Assembly (NCBI RefSeq): GCF_001194135.2
Contig: NC_068983.1
Span: forward strand, 137,806,734-137,870,733
DNA from: Octopus bimaculoides
Lineage: Eukaryota
Reading direction: 5' to 3'
Length of the DNA: 64,000 nucleotides
Numbering within the stretch: the stretch's first letter is position 1; each line of letters begins with the position of its first letter. Under the pieces are notes generated by a model. That model had not been told where the DNA came from, did not search any database, and saw only the letters and a program-made list of their open reading frames with translations. Shown piece by piece: positions 36,651 through 49,441 of this stretch. The position numbers and the translations under genes were made by a program.

Positions 36651-36950
36651 ACTTCTAGTAACATCATCTACTGCATCTCCTGTTCTCTCTATCCTTTTCT
36701 ATACATCGGTCAAACAGGACGCCGCTTGGCTGACCGGTTCGCGGAACACCTCCGAGACATCAGACTCGGCAATGACACCCTGGTCTCGCGCCATTTCCGC
36801 TCTACCGGTCACTCTTTAAGCCTGTCTGTGTTCGGATTGTTCTTGTACAGGGACCATCTGAACTCCCGTCTTCGCCGTGAGCAGGGATTACTCTTCTCTC
36901 TTCGCTCCTTTGCGCCACATGGGCTCAACTCTCATCGCCTCTTCATCTAA
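36651..36950 (+). mobile_element. Penelope-like GIY-YIG endonuclease domain, 99 uninterrupted codons
   Basis: TSSNIIYCISCSLYPFLYIGQTGRRLADRFAEHLRDIRLGNDTLVSRHF...RREQGLLFSLRSFAPHGLN; IYC...YIGQTGR..RF.EH and terminal P.GLN motifs. Confidence 0.9.
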
Positions 36951-37614
36951 CCCTCCTCCTCTCTTCCTCTCACACCTACTTCCTCCCATCCACCTCTCCT
37001 CTCTTGCTCTGACACCAACTTCCTCTCTTCACTCTTACACACCGTCTCCCTTCCACCCTCTCCCTTCATCGTCACCCCTCCCTCGTTACCCACCCCTACA
37101 CATTCCAATCCCACCATCCCTATGCATCCCATCCCACCCCACCCCANNNNNNNNNNNNNNNNNNNNNNNNNNNNNNNNNNNNNNNNNNNNNNNNNNNNNN
37201 NNNNNNNNNNNNNNNNNNNNNNNNNNNNNNNNNNNNNNNNNNNNNNNNNNNNNNNNNNNNNNNNNNNNNNNNNNNNNNNNNNNNNNNNNNNNNNNNNNNN
37301 NNNNNNNNNNNNNNNNNNNNNNNNNNNNNNNNNNNNNNNNNNNNNNNNNNNNNNNNNNNNNNNNNNNNNNNNNNNNNNNNNNNNNNNNNNNTACCACCAC
37401 ACTACACCACCACACAACACCACCACACCACCACAAATCACCATACCACACCACACCACACCACATCACCCTGCACACACTAGCACTGACCACCTCCCAG
37501 CACCCACACCAGCGCACACACTAGCACTGACTACTTCCCAGCACCTACACCATCATCCACACACCTACATATGCACACACGCACACGTCAAGGTCACCAT
37601 CCACCATCCACACG

Positions 37615-38695
37615 CATCGGGCTTTGAAAGAATTTTCAGAAGCCCCTGTATAAGTTAATATTCGTGTGAGCCTTCTATCTGCACCTTGGCTCCATACACG
37701 ATTCCTTTCTCCAGACATTTTCCTTCCAGCGGACAGGAGGTCCCATTTTTGAAATTGCAATTCTTAAGAAGAGAATCGGCAGTATGATTATTTGCAGTTA
37801 TCCTATTGTTGTGTTGGTTAATAAGAAGCGAAGTTTTTGCAGCAAGAATAGCTGATCTTAAGCATTCTTCTATTAAATATTCTATAAAACTTATGGTCAG
37901 GTTGAAAATGTCTAGAGACTAATTTTAAGAATTCCCTACCTATATTTATTTTTACGGCCATATTGAAAGCTGGGTTAAACCACAAAAACCTTCCTAGTCC
38001 TAGTTCTACGTGTAGCATTATTGCTAGCATTAAGCTGGTTATACTGGATCTTCTCAGAGAATCCACTTTTCCTTAATGCGCTTTTATAATAAGGAGCGAC
38101 ATTTTGGAATGCTGCCTCATCCGAAGAAATTGACGATATTCGTCTACCTACATTACTGACTAAGTTCCTAAGAATAACTGGCGGATGACTGGATTCTTTG
38201 CTAATATAGGATAGCTTCTCATTAGGCTTACGGTAAGGTTTGTATTTATCCGACTCTAAATCTAAATTTGCATCTAAGAAATCTACACTTTCCAGGTTAG
38301 TATCTATCGTAACCCGTAAGCCCATCCTTTGGAAGAAAGCAATAAGATCCTTCCGAAGCTTATCTAATTCATGGCCGTTGAAATTATGGGTGACTATAAG
38401 ATCGTCATTCTTATATAATCTTGCGTCTATAAACGGAAATTCTCGCTTTAGATTGTGCTCCTATGAGCACACATAACTCAGCCCCGTCGTATGCCCCCAT
38501 CGGTACATCGAAAAGAGAATCCTCACTCTTCTTGACCCAGGTGGAATCCTCGTGAAAAGAAGTGATTTCCTCGCATGTATGATAATGTCTATTTCCGAGT
38601 TATCGATGTTGACATACTGCTTGGCGAAGTCTAACGCCTTTAAGAGTAAAGGCCTAGATATTGACGGGTAAAAGTCAACGATATCAAACCTTACA
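37615..38695 (-). mobile_element. Penelope-like element, RT core to GIY-YIG, frameshifted
   Basis: RFDIVDFYPSIS...[14 protein letters not shown]...YKNDDL...VDFLDANLDL...YKPYRKPN...SSHPP...WFNPAF...FYRIFNRRMLKISYSC...CPLEGKCLEKGIVY...YTGASENSFKAR. Confidence 0.92.
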
Positions 38696-39384
38696 TTTTC
38701 ACTATCCTACTTCATCTAGGTATGATGTCATAGTGACATCAATACACTGCTTGCCGATGGTTCCGTATAATCCATTTTCTGCTGTAGTCTTATAACAGTG
38801 AACTGCTGCTTCCCCTGTTGTACAATCGTGGTGAAGATGATGCCGGAGTAAGCTCTCCAGGGCGCAGGCCTGGGCAGGGTTAGTATATGAGAGGAGCAGT
38901 TGCACACGCAGAAAAGTTTTCTTAATGGGGTTGTCCAAGGACCTGCATAGCTTGGCATCAGTGTCGTCGCAGAAGTTGCTAAAATGATATTGAAAACAAT
39001 GTTGGACTACCTTAGGTATTTTAGCTCCTAATTTTTCCTCGGAGTTTACTCTCAACGCCTAACTCATGGTGTGTATTGCCGCAAGGCAGCAAAAGTTTGA
39101 ACGCAAAATTTATCCTTCCGTTAGATTAACTTTTTTTTCTCAAGCTGACGAGTTCCATCTACCCGATGCACTGATTTTAAGGCACCAGAAATCCTCTTCG
39201 CCCACTTCTATCAGTACAAACAGTTCTACCAGGTCGTACAAAAAAGTCAGGTGTTGGACCTGGTACACACACATACACGCGCGCGCGCGCACGCATACAC
39301 ACACGCGCGCGCGCACGCATACACACATGTATATATTTATATTTGGCACATATATATGTATATATATTTATAAATGGCATGTAT

Positions 39385-39776
39385 ATACTCTTTTACTCTT
39401 TTACTTGTTTCAGTCATGTGACTGCAGCCATGCTGGAGCACCGCCTTTAGTCGAGCAAAAGTACCCCAGGACTTATTCTTTGTAAGCCTTGTACTTATTC
39501 TATCGGCCTATTTTGCTGAACCGCTAAGTTACAGGGACGTAAACACACCAGCATCGGTTGCCAGGCAATGCTAGGGGAACAAACACAAACACACATATAT
39601 ATATACATATATACGACGGGCTTCTTTCAGTTTCCATCTACCAAATCCACTCACAAGGCTTTGGTCGGCTCGAGGCTATAGTAGAAGACACTTGTCCAAG
39701 GTGCCACGCAGTGGGACTGAACCCGGAACCATGTGGTCGGTAAGCAAGCTACTTACCACACAGCCACTCCTGCGCC
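39385..39776 (-). mobile_element. SINE family A, full length
   Basis: tRNA-like head, CORE-like segment, internal (TA)/(CA) microsatellite, body and (TAAAAGAG)-type tail; colinear with 7351-7746. Confidence 0.9.
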
Positions 39777-40541
39777 TATATGAATATATATTTATATATG
39801 GCATTATATATATATTGGAATGGAAGNNNNNNNNNNNNNNNNNNNNNNNNNNNNNNNNNNNNNNNNNNNNNNNNNNNNNNNNNNNNNNNNNNNNNNNNNN
39901 NNNNNNNNNNNNNNNNNNNNNNNNNNNNNNNNNNNNNNNNNNNNNNNNNNNNNNNNNNNNNNNNNNNNNNNNNNNNNNNNNNNNNNNNNNNNNNNNNNNN
40001 NNNNNNNNNNNNNNNNNNNNNNNNNNNNNNNNNNNNNNNNNNNNNNNNNNNNNNNNNNNNNNNNNNNNNNNNNNNNNNNNNNNNNNNNNNNNNNNNNNNN
40101 NNNNNNNNNNNNNNNNNNNNNNNNNNNNNNNNNNNNNNNNNNNNNNNNNNNNNNNNNNNNNNNNNNNNNNNNNNNNNNNNNNNNNNNNNNNNNNNNNNNN
40201 NNNNNNNNNNNNNNNNNNNNNNNNNNNNNNNNNNNNNNNNNNNNNNNNNNNNNNNNNNNNNNNNNNNNNNNNNNNNNNNNNNNNNNNNNNNNNNNNNNNN
40301 NNNNNNNNNNNNNNNNNNNNNNNNNNNNNNNNNNNNNNNNNNNNNNNNNNNNNNNNNNNNNNNNNNNNNNNNNNNNNNNNNNNNNNNNNNNNNNNNNNNN
40401 NNNNNNNNNNNNNNNNNNNNNNNNNNNNNNNNNNNNNNNNNNNNNNNNNNNNNNNNNNNNNNNNNNNNNNNNNNNNNNNNNNNNNNNNNNNNNNNNNNNN
40501 NNNNNNNNNNNNNNNNNNNNNNNNNNNNNNNNNNNNNNNNN

Positions 40542-40577
<36 letters not shown>

Positions 40578-40773
40578 GTGTGTGTGTGTGTGTGTGTGCG
40601 TATGTGTGTATGTGTGTGTAAATGTGAGTGTGTACAATGGTTAGAGGGATAGATAATTAGACGAGGAAAGAGAGGAGAGAAAGAGATATGAGTATGTATA
40701 TGAAAAAAGTGTGGGAGGATTTATCTCAAAGAAAAATCGATGAAAATACAGACACATAAATCTAAAAGACACA

Positions 40774-40825
<52 letters not shown>

Positions 40826-41545
40826 AACACACACACATGCATACACAGAAACACCACACTTACATGAAAAGTGGGGGAATGAAGGAAGGGTCGGTAAGTG
40901 CCTTATAGAGGAACATTTTATTCAAAGGGAGAAAATGAGAATACAAATCGTTGACATACACAATTTTATGAGTGGTGAGTGAAATACATACACGTGTGAG
41001 CATGTGTATNNNNNNNNNNNNNNNNNNNNNNNNNNNNNNNNNNNNNNNNNNNNNNNNNNNNNNNNNNNNNNNNNNNNNNNNNNNNNNNNNNNNNNNNNNN
41101 NNNNNNNNNNNNNNNNNNNNNNNNNNNNNNNNNNNNNNNNNNNNNNNNNNNNNNNNNNNNNNNNNNNNNNNNNNNNNNNNNNNNNNNNNNNNNNNNNNNN
41201 NNNNNNNNNNNNNNNNNNNNNNNNNNNNNNNNNNNNNNNNNNNNNNNNNNNNNNNNNNNNNNNNNNNNNNNNNNNNNNNNNNNNNNNNNNNNNNNNNNNN
41301 NNNNNNNNNNNNNNNNNNNNNNNNNNNNNNNNNNNNNNNNNNNNNNNNNNNNNNNNNNNNNNNNNNNNNNNNNNNNNNNNNNNNNNNNNNNNNNNNNNNN
41401 NNNNNNNNNNNNNNNNNNNNNNNNNNNNNNNNNNNNNNNNNNNNNNNNNNNNNNNNNNNNNNNNNNNNNNNNNNNNNNNNNNNNNNNNNNNNNNNNNNNN
41501 NNNNNNNNNNNNNNNNNNNNNNNNNNNNNNNNNNNNNNNNNNNNN

Positions 41546-41590
<45 letters not shown>

Positions 41591-41761
41591 TTAGCTGATT
41601 AGATAAAAAAAAACCAAGGAAAGAGAAATAATGACGGAACAGAAGATATGCAAAAGAGAAACGATATGTCTTTGTAACACCTAGACAAGTTTTTCAAAAT
41701 TTCTGGCTGTGTTCAATCTTCTGTAAATGAATAAACGTAACAAAAAAAGAAAACAAAAGGC

Positions 41762-41795
<34 letters not shown>

Positions 41796-41798
41796 GTA

Positions 41799-41866
<68 letters not shown>
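41762..41866. repeat. (AAT)n microsatellite
   Basis: Direct reading of the sequence. Confidence 0.97.
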
Positions 41867-41872
<6 letters not shown>

Positions 41873-42522
41873 TATTATTATTGTTTCGGATAGGCTATTA
41901 TTGTAAATTCCGTTTTTTTTTTCCTCCCTGTTTTTATATCCAAGAAATTAATTTGTTCCATTATCTGTACTTTCAGAGCGATGTTTAACGAATTTTTATA
42001 AACTACTCTTCAAGTTGCATACCCAGGAGTTATTTGCTGAACTTTTTTTTATTCTTCTTGTAGGAATTGATTTACTATTTGTACAAAAGAAAACATTTCA
42101 TTTTCTATTTTTTTTTCTTTTCACTAATATTTCACTACCTCTGCTATTTATTTGCTAGACATCTTTTGTTTCCTTTCGCAGTTTTTATCATTTTTACAGA
42201 TAATTTATCTTCCATCCCACAGTTTATTAAAAATAGTTTTTTCGTCTGACGTTCTTTCACCCTTTTCTCACACTTCGCTTCCTCTGTGTCCGTGTATGTG
42301 CTATGTATATANNNNNNNNNNTATATATATATATATATATATATGAGTGTGTGTGTATTTATAATACATATATATAAACTTTTATATATGTTATATATAC
42401 GTTATATATATTTTTATATATGCATATATATAAATATGTATGCATGTACACCAATATATACATACATTTATATATGGATATGTATTTACAAATATATATA
42501 TCAATAAATACATATCTATCTT

Positions 42523-42563
<41 letters not shown>

Positions 42564-42763
42564 ACATTTACATATATATGTATATATGCGTATGCATATG
42601 TATGTATATATATATGTATGAATGTGTGTATACATATACATGTGTAAATACTTACATATATTAGTTCTTACATTTTGCTAATATATATCATCATTTATCA
42701 AACTATTATATTTTGCTTCTTGCATCAAGGTTCTCCTCTTTCTCGCGCTCTCTTTCCATATAC

Positions 42764-42800
<37 letters not shown>

Positions 42801-43682
42801 NNNNNNNNNNNNNNNNNNNNNNNNNNNNNNNNNNNNNNNNNNNNNNNNNNNNNNNNNNNNNNNNNNNNNNNNNNNNNNNNNNNNNNNNNNNNNNNNNNNN
42901 NNNNNNNNNNNNNNNNNNNNNNNNNNNNNNNNNNNNNNNNNNNNNNNNNNNNNNNNNNNNNNNNNNNNNNNNNNNNNNNNNNNNNNNNNNNNNNNNNNNN
43001 NNNNNNNNNNNNNNNNNNNNNNNNNNNNNNNNNNNNNNNNNNNNNNNNNNNNNNNNNNNNNNNNNNNNNNNNNNNNNNNNNNNNNNNNNNNNNNNNNNNN
43101 NNNNNNNNNNNNNNNNNNNNNNNNNNNNNNNNNNNNNNNNNNNNNNNNNNNNNNNNNNNNNNNNNNNNNNNNNNNNNNNNNNNNNNNNNNNNNNNNNNNN
43201 NNNNNNNNNNNNNNNNNNNNNNCAGTAAATAACTGGTATGGGACGTTCTGACACCTGCCGTTTCGGTCTTGCCTATTTAGCATCGTCTTGTTTGACATCA
43301 GCCGTTTTAATGTTTCACACGGTCTCTTCTCTCTCGTGTCTTTCTCTGTTTATGTGTGTGGGCGTAGTTCTCTTTGCGTGTATAAGGAGAAAGTGTTTAT
43401 GCCAATTATGTTCAATTAATTTATAATGTCTCCCTATCTCTCTTTCTCTCTCTCTCTCTTTCTTTCTCTCTCTCTCTCTCTCTCTCTCTTTTTATCTTTA
43501 TGTATATATTTCAGCGCGCGCCTATTATTTGTCTCTAGTGCCAAAAAGTACTTTCACTCAAGCGAGTTCAGTGTCCAGTCAGCCGTACCAAATAGTCAGC
43601 TTCCAAGCAGCAGCAGCAACAAAAATACATAAACGTGTACGTACATGCACGCACGCACGTACACACACACAGATACACATTT

Positions 43683-43729
<47 letters not shown>

Positions 43730-44489
43730 TACGTATTAGTTACTGAAACCCACACTTCACACTTCATAACACGAAGTAACACGCTTCACATACTTAGACA
43801 AAATAAAAGTGTCTTCATATTTTGCTTTTAAATTTAGACCTGAAAATTTGAATTATGAAGTGTAAATTGTCAGCTCTAATAAATAACTAGAATGTATCGA
43901 CGCCTATAAAATTAAGGAATACTGCTGGAACATTCCAATAAAAGTAGCAACCCAATGTAAACGTACAAAGCCTCATATAGTTCTATGGAATAGCGAATAA
44001 AAATCATGCGCAGTTTTAGAGGACTGCTTCTTCATACTTAAAATTGAGAAAGGACATGTATGGTTACTGCTCTTATAATAATTAAGCTATAGATTTTCTT
44101 TTGTACCTATTTATTATAGGTGCACCGGGTTGTGCAACAACAAATTCATATAAACGCATGACGATGCTAGGTGTCTCCAAGAAAGAACAAGGAAAAGTGA
44201 TTAACATCTGCCAATTGCAATTGATTAATAGTACAGTAAAAATTAATAAATTATTCCAGGTATCCTCCATCTGAGTTCTTTGGAGTGAACACAGCACACA
44301 ATTTTATTATGTATATAATATAAGTAAACGTACTCATTTACTTCATCAATTTTATCGCTCCAACCTCTATTCGGCCTTGTGCTAAGTCTTCCCACCGTAT
44401 ATATTTTGTTTTCATTTGAAGACTTACTGCTAAGCTATGAGTGTCCACTGCAGCTGGTGTGCAGTTTCAGCGATGAGTACATTTCTAGG

Positions 44490-45055
44490 TAAAGGAGTAC
44501 GTCTACATGGGGCACTGCCGAGATATTGATGCTGAGATTTCAAAGCGAATAAAGACAGGACGAAAGACATTTACCTCAATAAAAAATGTGCTCAAAGCAA
44601 AGATAGACTATACCATACATGCTAAACTCTTCAATTGCACCGTCCTATCTACGCTCTTATACGCAAGTGAGACGTGAGCTATTACGAAGGGGATTTGCTG
44701 CGATGCGAATGGTCATAGAAAGATTTATGTTTGGAATATTTTTACAAGAGCATATTCGAAATGAGATAATTCGAGAACGGAGCGGAGTGATCGCAGAAAA
44801 CCGAAAGCACAAGTTCCCCTGGACTCGATATGTCGCAAAGTTCACAGACAACAGGTGGACATGCGCAGTTGCCGACTGGTATTCAAGAGATCGGAAAAGG
44901 CCACTTGGAAGGCGACTTGGAAGACAACTTAGTTAAGCAATTTGGGTGAAGAAGGAAAAGAATGGTGCAATCAAGACAAAATTGAAAATGTCATTGTGAC
45001 TAGCTGTGTACAATAGCATCTGGTCTGGTCGATATTGTGATACTGTGGTATGATA
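44490..45055 (+). mobile_element. RTE-1-like LINE, 3' end
   Basis: EYVYMGH...EISKRIKTGRKTF...LFNCTVLSTLLYASET*...IERFMFGI...HIRNEIIRERSGV...KFPWTRYVAKFTDNRWT...DWYSRDRKRPLGR, followed by short tail repeats tgtgatactgtggtatgatat. Confidence 0.82.
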
Positions 45056-46629
45056 TAAACACACTAATAAACAATAATGAAAGTCGAACATGCGTCACAT
45101 GTCTACAAGTTCACCCATCTTTACATCTACTTCATATATGCATGAAGTAACTCATTCACATTCCAAGGACTGTTTTGACGCAAACTTTGTTAGTCATTTG
45201 CTTTAATCTTGTGGAGGGAAAACATTATAAATCTCAAAGAAAATACATACATACATATACAAGTACACATACATAAATACATGCATGCATACATACATGT
45301 GTATATATAAATATGCACACATACGCGCGCGAACACACACACAAAACACGCTTATATACTTGTGTGTATATGTACTTGTGAACTGTGTATTGTAGCGAAT
45401 GGAAAATTTCATTTATTTATTTATATTCTATATATATCACGAATAACACACGTAAATATATTGCAAGGATAACTACGATCTTGTGAATACTAAACATTAT
45501 ATATTAACAACATTAAATGATATTCATTTCTAAAAATGAAAAATATGGAATGATTTGCAATTTACAGCTTTCTCTTACATTTATGGAATGCAAAGATCCA
45601 GTTTTAGTAATTTAAAACATACTCTTAAAATGTGTGGTTGATATATGTGTTTATATGCATGTATACATATACATGTCTCCGTATGTTTTTTTGCATTTAG
45701 TGTCAGTTACTCTGAATGAATACAACTGTAACCTCTCATTTGATCTCATCTCCATATTGTAAGTAATTTATTACATGGTACATGAATAAATATATTCAAA
45801 CAGTCCATTGCAGCACTGCTTATTAACCTCTTTGGGAAACGATCTCGATTAGAAATAATATACTTTATAGCAGCATTGTTAATAAAATCTCCGAGGAGAT
45901 CAAATGCTTCCAAGTTAAAAAAGTTTTTTTTTAGTTAGACATTCTGACCAGAGTTATTGCATCTTGTTACAAAATCTGACAACTTATAATTTAACTTTTT
46001 TTGCATATTTGTATATATTTTTGAATATTCTTGTCTCACTTTTTAATTTCTGTTTATATAATATCAGTAATATCAAATTTTCTTTAAACTCTCGTTTTAT
46101 CTTTTGTAAAGATATAAACAGAAAATTTAAATGCGATATAGAGATGATGATTGCTGCTGCTGCTGCTGCTGGTGTTGCTTATTATGATGATAATCATAAT
46201 AAATGTTATAGTTAGATTGAAGAAACCGACAATTCTACCAGGCAGTTAGGACAGTGAAGTAGATAATTCAGAAGTCTAGGGACGGAGATAACACAAGGGC
46301 TCAAAAATGCATACTTCCTTTTGCAAATATTTGGAAATTGGTGACAGTAAAATTGTGTGTTAGAGGTCATTAAAACTTATCTCAATGACAAGAATATTCC
46401 ATAAATACATTTGTAGTGCCAGCAATAATATAACCCCGTTGGCTTGTATCGTTACAGAGCTAAATCCTGTAAAAATCTGTTAAAGAGAAACCTATTAAAA
46501 AAAAGCAAAAACAAAAGAACTTACGCTGTACAAATGTGACACTAAACGACTGTTCATTCATAGAAAAGTGGCTTGTTGGGAACTGTTGAGTAACAGGAAG
46601 TAGCATAAAAAGGCAGTCACTCATCTTGC

Positions 46630-47200
46630 CCACTATATTTCCAATTTACAAGAAGACCTGCTACATGCTCTTGTTCACTATTTTAAAAAGATAGCAAGTC
46701 AATTATATTCTTGAAACGAAATTCTCACGAGCAGTTGGCTTAGACCTCGAAAAAGTAAAAATATGCGCAACTTCTAACAGGGACAAAGACAAAGACAACA
46801 GCTGCTCACCTCGGACGAGTAGAGAAATGTAGTTTTTGGAATGCTCTAGGTTGTACTGGGTGGAGCACTTCCTTGGTTCCTGGATTTTCAAGTAAAATGG
46901 GACAGGACGAAGGAGTTTTCCATGCCTATGAAACTGAAAGAGAGTTTATGTTGGGTAAATCTTCCCTCGAAATTATTAGTAGAAAGTTCCGCGTACTTTC
47001 TCGGGATATAACCAGGTGGGATGAGAATCGTTCTGTTGACGACTGTCTTGAGGAGGAAGAATGTCTCAGGTGGATAGATGTTTGATTTCGGTAGTTGTAA
47101 GCAGGTGATTGATGTGAAGTCTGCGGTTGTATGCCTTTTCTGATGTAGCGTGTGATACTGCAATTATTATTTTCTGGGCACGAGTAACTAATTTTAAGAA
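46630..47200 (-). mobile_element. Penelope-like element, GIY-YIG C-terminal fragment
   Basis: KYAELSTNNFEGRFTQHKLSF...ENSFVLSHFT*...YSSEVSSCCLCLC...KLRI matches YIG.TE..FK.RF..HK.SF...N.T.LS.HIW and C.LCL.EK. Confidence 0.65.
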
Positions 47201-47214
47201 GAAAGGCGGAATGT

Positions 47215-48760
47215 ACATTTGGTGCAATGCAGTCAACAGGGGCAGTGCCTGAGATGGGAGGAAAACGTGGTCAGTCGCAGAATCTCATGGAAGGAACTTT
47301 GGGCTTGGGAACAAGCAAGAACAGCCTTCCTGATCAAGTCTACTTTCGACGTTCTACCCTCNNNNNNNNNNNNNNNNNNNNNNNNNNNNNNNNNNNNNNN
47401 NNNNNNNNNNNNNNNNNNNNNNNNNNNNNNNNNNNNNNNNNNNNNNNNNNNNNNNNNNNNNNNNNNNNNNNNNNNNNNNNNNNNNNNNNNNNNNNNNNNN
47501 NNNNNNNNNNNNNNNNNNNNNNNNNNNNNNNNNNNNNNNNNNNNNNNNNNNNNNNNNNNNNNNNNNNNNNNNNNNNNNNNNNNNNNNNNNNNNNNNNNNN
47601 NNNNNNNNNNNNNNNNNNNNNNNNNNNNNNNNNNNNNNNNNNNNNNNNNNNNNNNNNNNNNNNNNNNNNNNNNNNNNNNNNNNNNNNNNNNNNNNNNNNN
47701 NNNNNNNNNNNNNNNNNNNNNNNNNNNNNNNNNNNNNNNNNNNNNNNNNNNNNNNNNNNNNNNNNNNNNNNNNNNNNNNNNNNNNNNNNNNNNNNNNNNN
47801 NNNNNNNNNNNNNNNNNNNNNNNNNNNNNNNNNNNNNNNNNNNNNNNNNNNNNNNNNNNNNNNNNNNNNNNNNNNNNNNNNNNNNNNNNNNNNNNNNNNN
47901 NNNNNNNNNNNNNNNNNNNNNNNNNNNNNNNNNNNNNNNNNNNNNNNNNNNNNNNNNNNNNNNNNNNNNNNNNNNNNNNNNNNNNNNNNNNNNNNNNNNN
48001 NNNNNNNNNNNNNNNNNNNNNNNNNNNNNNNNNNNNNNNNNNNNNNNNNNNNNNNNNNNNNNNNNNNNNNNNNNNNNNNNNNNNNNNNNNNNNNNNNNNN
48101 NNNNNNNNNNNNNNNNNNNNNNNNNNNNNNNNNNNNNNNNNNNNNNNNNNNNNNNNNNNNNNNNNNNNNNNNNNNNNNNNNNNNNNNNNNNNNNNNNNNN
48201 NNNNNNNNNNNNNNNNNNNNNNNNNNNNNNNNNNNNNNNNNNNNNNNNNNNNNNNNNNNNNNNNNNNNNNNNNNNNNNNNNNNNNNNNNNNNNNNNNNNN
48301 NNNNNNNNNNNNNNNNNNNNNNNNNNNNNNNNNNNNNNNNNNNNNNNNNACTGCCTACTGGACCCTAGCAGCGGGAAATTTAGACAATGTCACGTGACAA
48401 CTAGCTGGGGCTGCCTGCTGGAGCCTAGCAGCAGATATAAAAAGGGGAACTTGACATGACGATCAGTCGGACGCTGACACTCGTTGATGCTGCATCGAAG
48501 AGGCCAGGGAATAGAAGAAAGAAGACATGCACCCAACACCAGAGCTGAAGACACCTCCGAAAGGAGGGGCCCCGCTACGTCAAAACGGTAGAGGAGTAGG
48601 GGCCGAAACCGGACGTGGTTCCTCCTGATGATGTCTTGAGCTAACTGGATCCTATAAAGGAGCTGTTGTGGTAGCAGACCACGAAACATGGGTGGAATTC
48701 CTCCATGTGTGCATGAGCAATGTTGCCTAATTACGGATAAAATGCCCCTGAATATATTCA
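47215..48760 (+). mobile_element. Hero/NeSL-like RLE retrotransposon, 3' part spanning a gap
   Basis: QQGQCLRWEENVVSRRISWKELWAWEQARTAFLIKSTFDVLP matches the QG.W..W...RK.SW..LW......FLI...YD.LP motif; the post-gap GC-richer sequence is taken as its 3' UTR (inference). Confidence 0.65.
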
Positions 48761-48829
48761 TGGAGATATATAGCTTTATCGGGTGAATATATGCCTTTCA
48801 TGTATATCAAATTCCTATTAAAGTTACTA

Positions 48830-49400
48830 ACGCTAAGTTTTTAATGAAGGGTATCTCTGTCGAAGAATCTGCATTTGAGATAGATTGGAAATTCTTCTAC
48901 TGATACCGACTAATAAGTTTCCAACTAGAACTGAGAGTTGGAGGTAATTGTAATTCCTATTAATATACAAGGGTTCCTCATTAGCCTTTATGAGAGAGTA
49001 GAATTTCCTAATCTTGAAATCTGAAGTAACATCTGAGAATTTGATATTCAAGTAGATATAAAGGCTAAACTTCTGTCGACAGCATTCATAGTACTTTAAT
49101 TTGCCAGATCGTAGCATCTATACTCGACTGAGCTGTGTAGAGTTGTGCAATTCTTGAGGGAGATCCAAGATAAATTCAGAGAGATCTGTGATCTTAGTTC
49201 AATCATAACCTCTGATGGAGTCGTGTTGCCTTTCTTTTTGAAAGAATAGGGGTCATCATGATATAAGAGAGACCTATTAGAGTTCATAATCATTCTAATA
49301 TTGACAAAAAGAGGATTAGACGGATGCGTTGTAAGTTTTACTTTGTGAAATCTATTACTGATATAGTTGAAAGTGCCTGCTTCTGAAAAAGGAGCTAATA
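48830..49400 (-). mobile_element. Penelope-like element, RT core/thumb fragment, decayed
   Basis: IRMIMNSNRSLLYHDDPYSFKK... and KFSDVTSDFK...KANEEPLYINRN...ISRRISNLS match the PLE RKSLLF, FLDVT.DL and KPN..PLYIN motifs. Confidence 0.65.
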
Positions 49401-49403
49401 ACA

Positions 49404-49441
<38 letters not shown>

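Noticed and set aside
43255-43298. RQDRNGRCQNV resembling the Kir channel N-terminal RFV.K.G.CNV motif
   Set aside because: The match is too short and has an insertion, and there is no further channel sequence; not enough for a gene call.
48545-48570. CTGAAGA followed by cctcc-GAAA-ggagg
   Set aside because: GAAA is the loop of a GNRA hairpin rather than the HHR junction; no stem II, stem III or UH arrangement forms.
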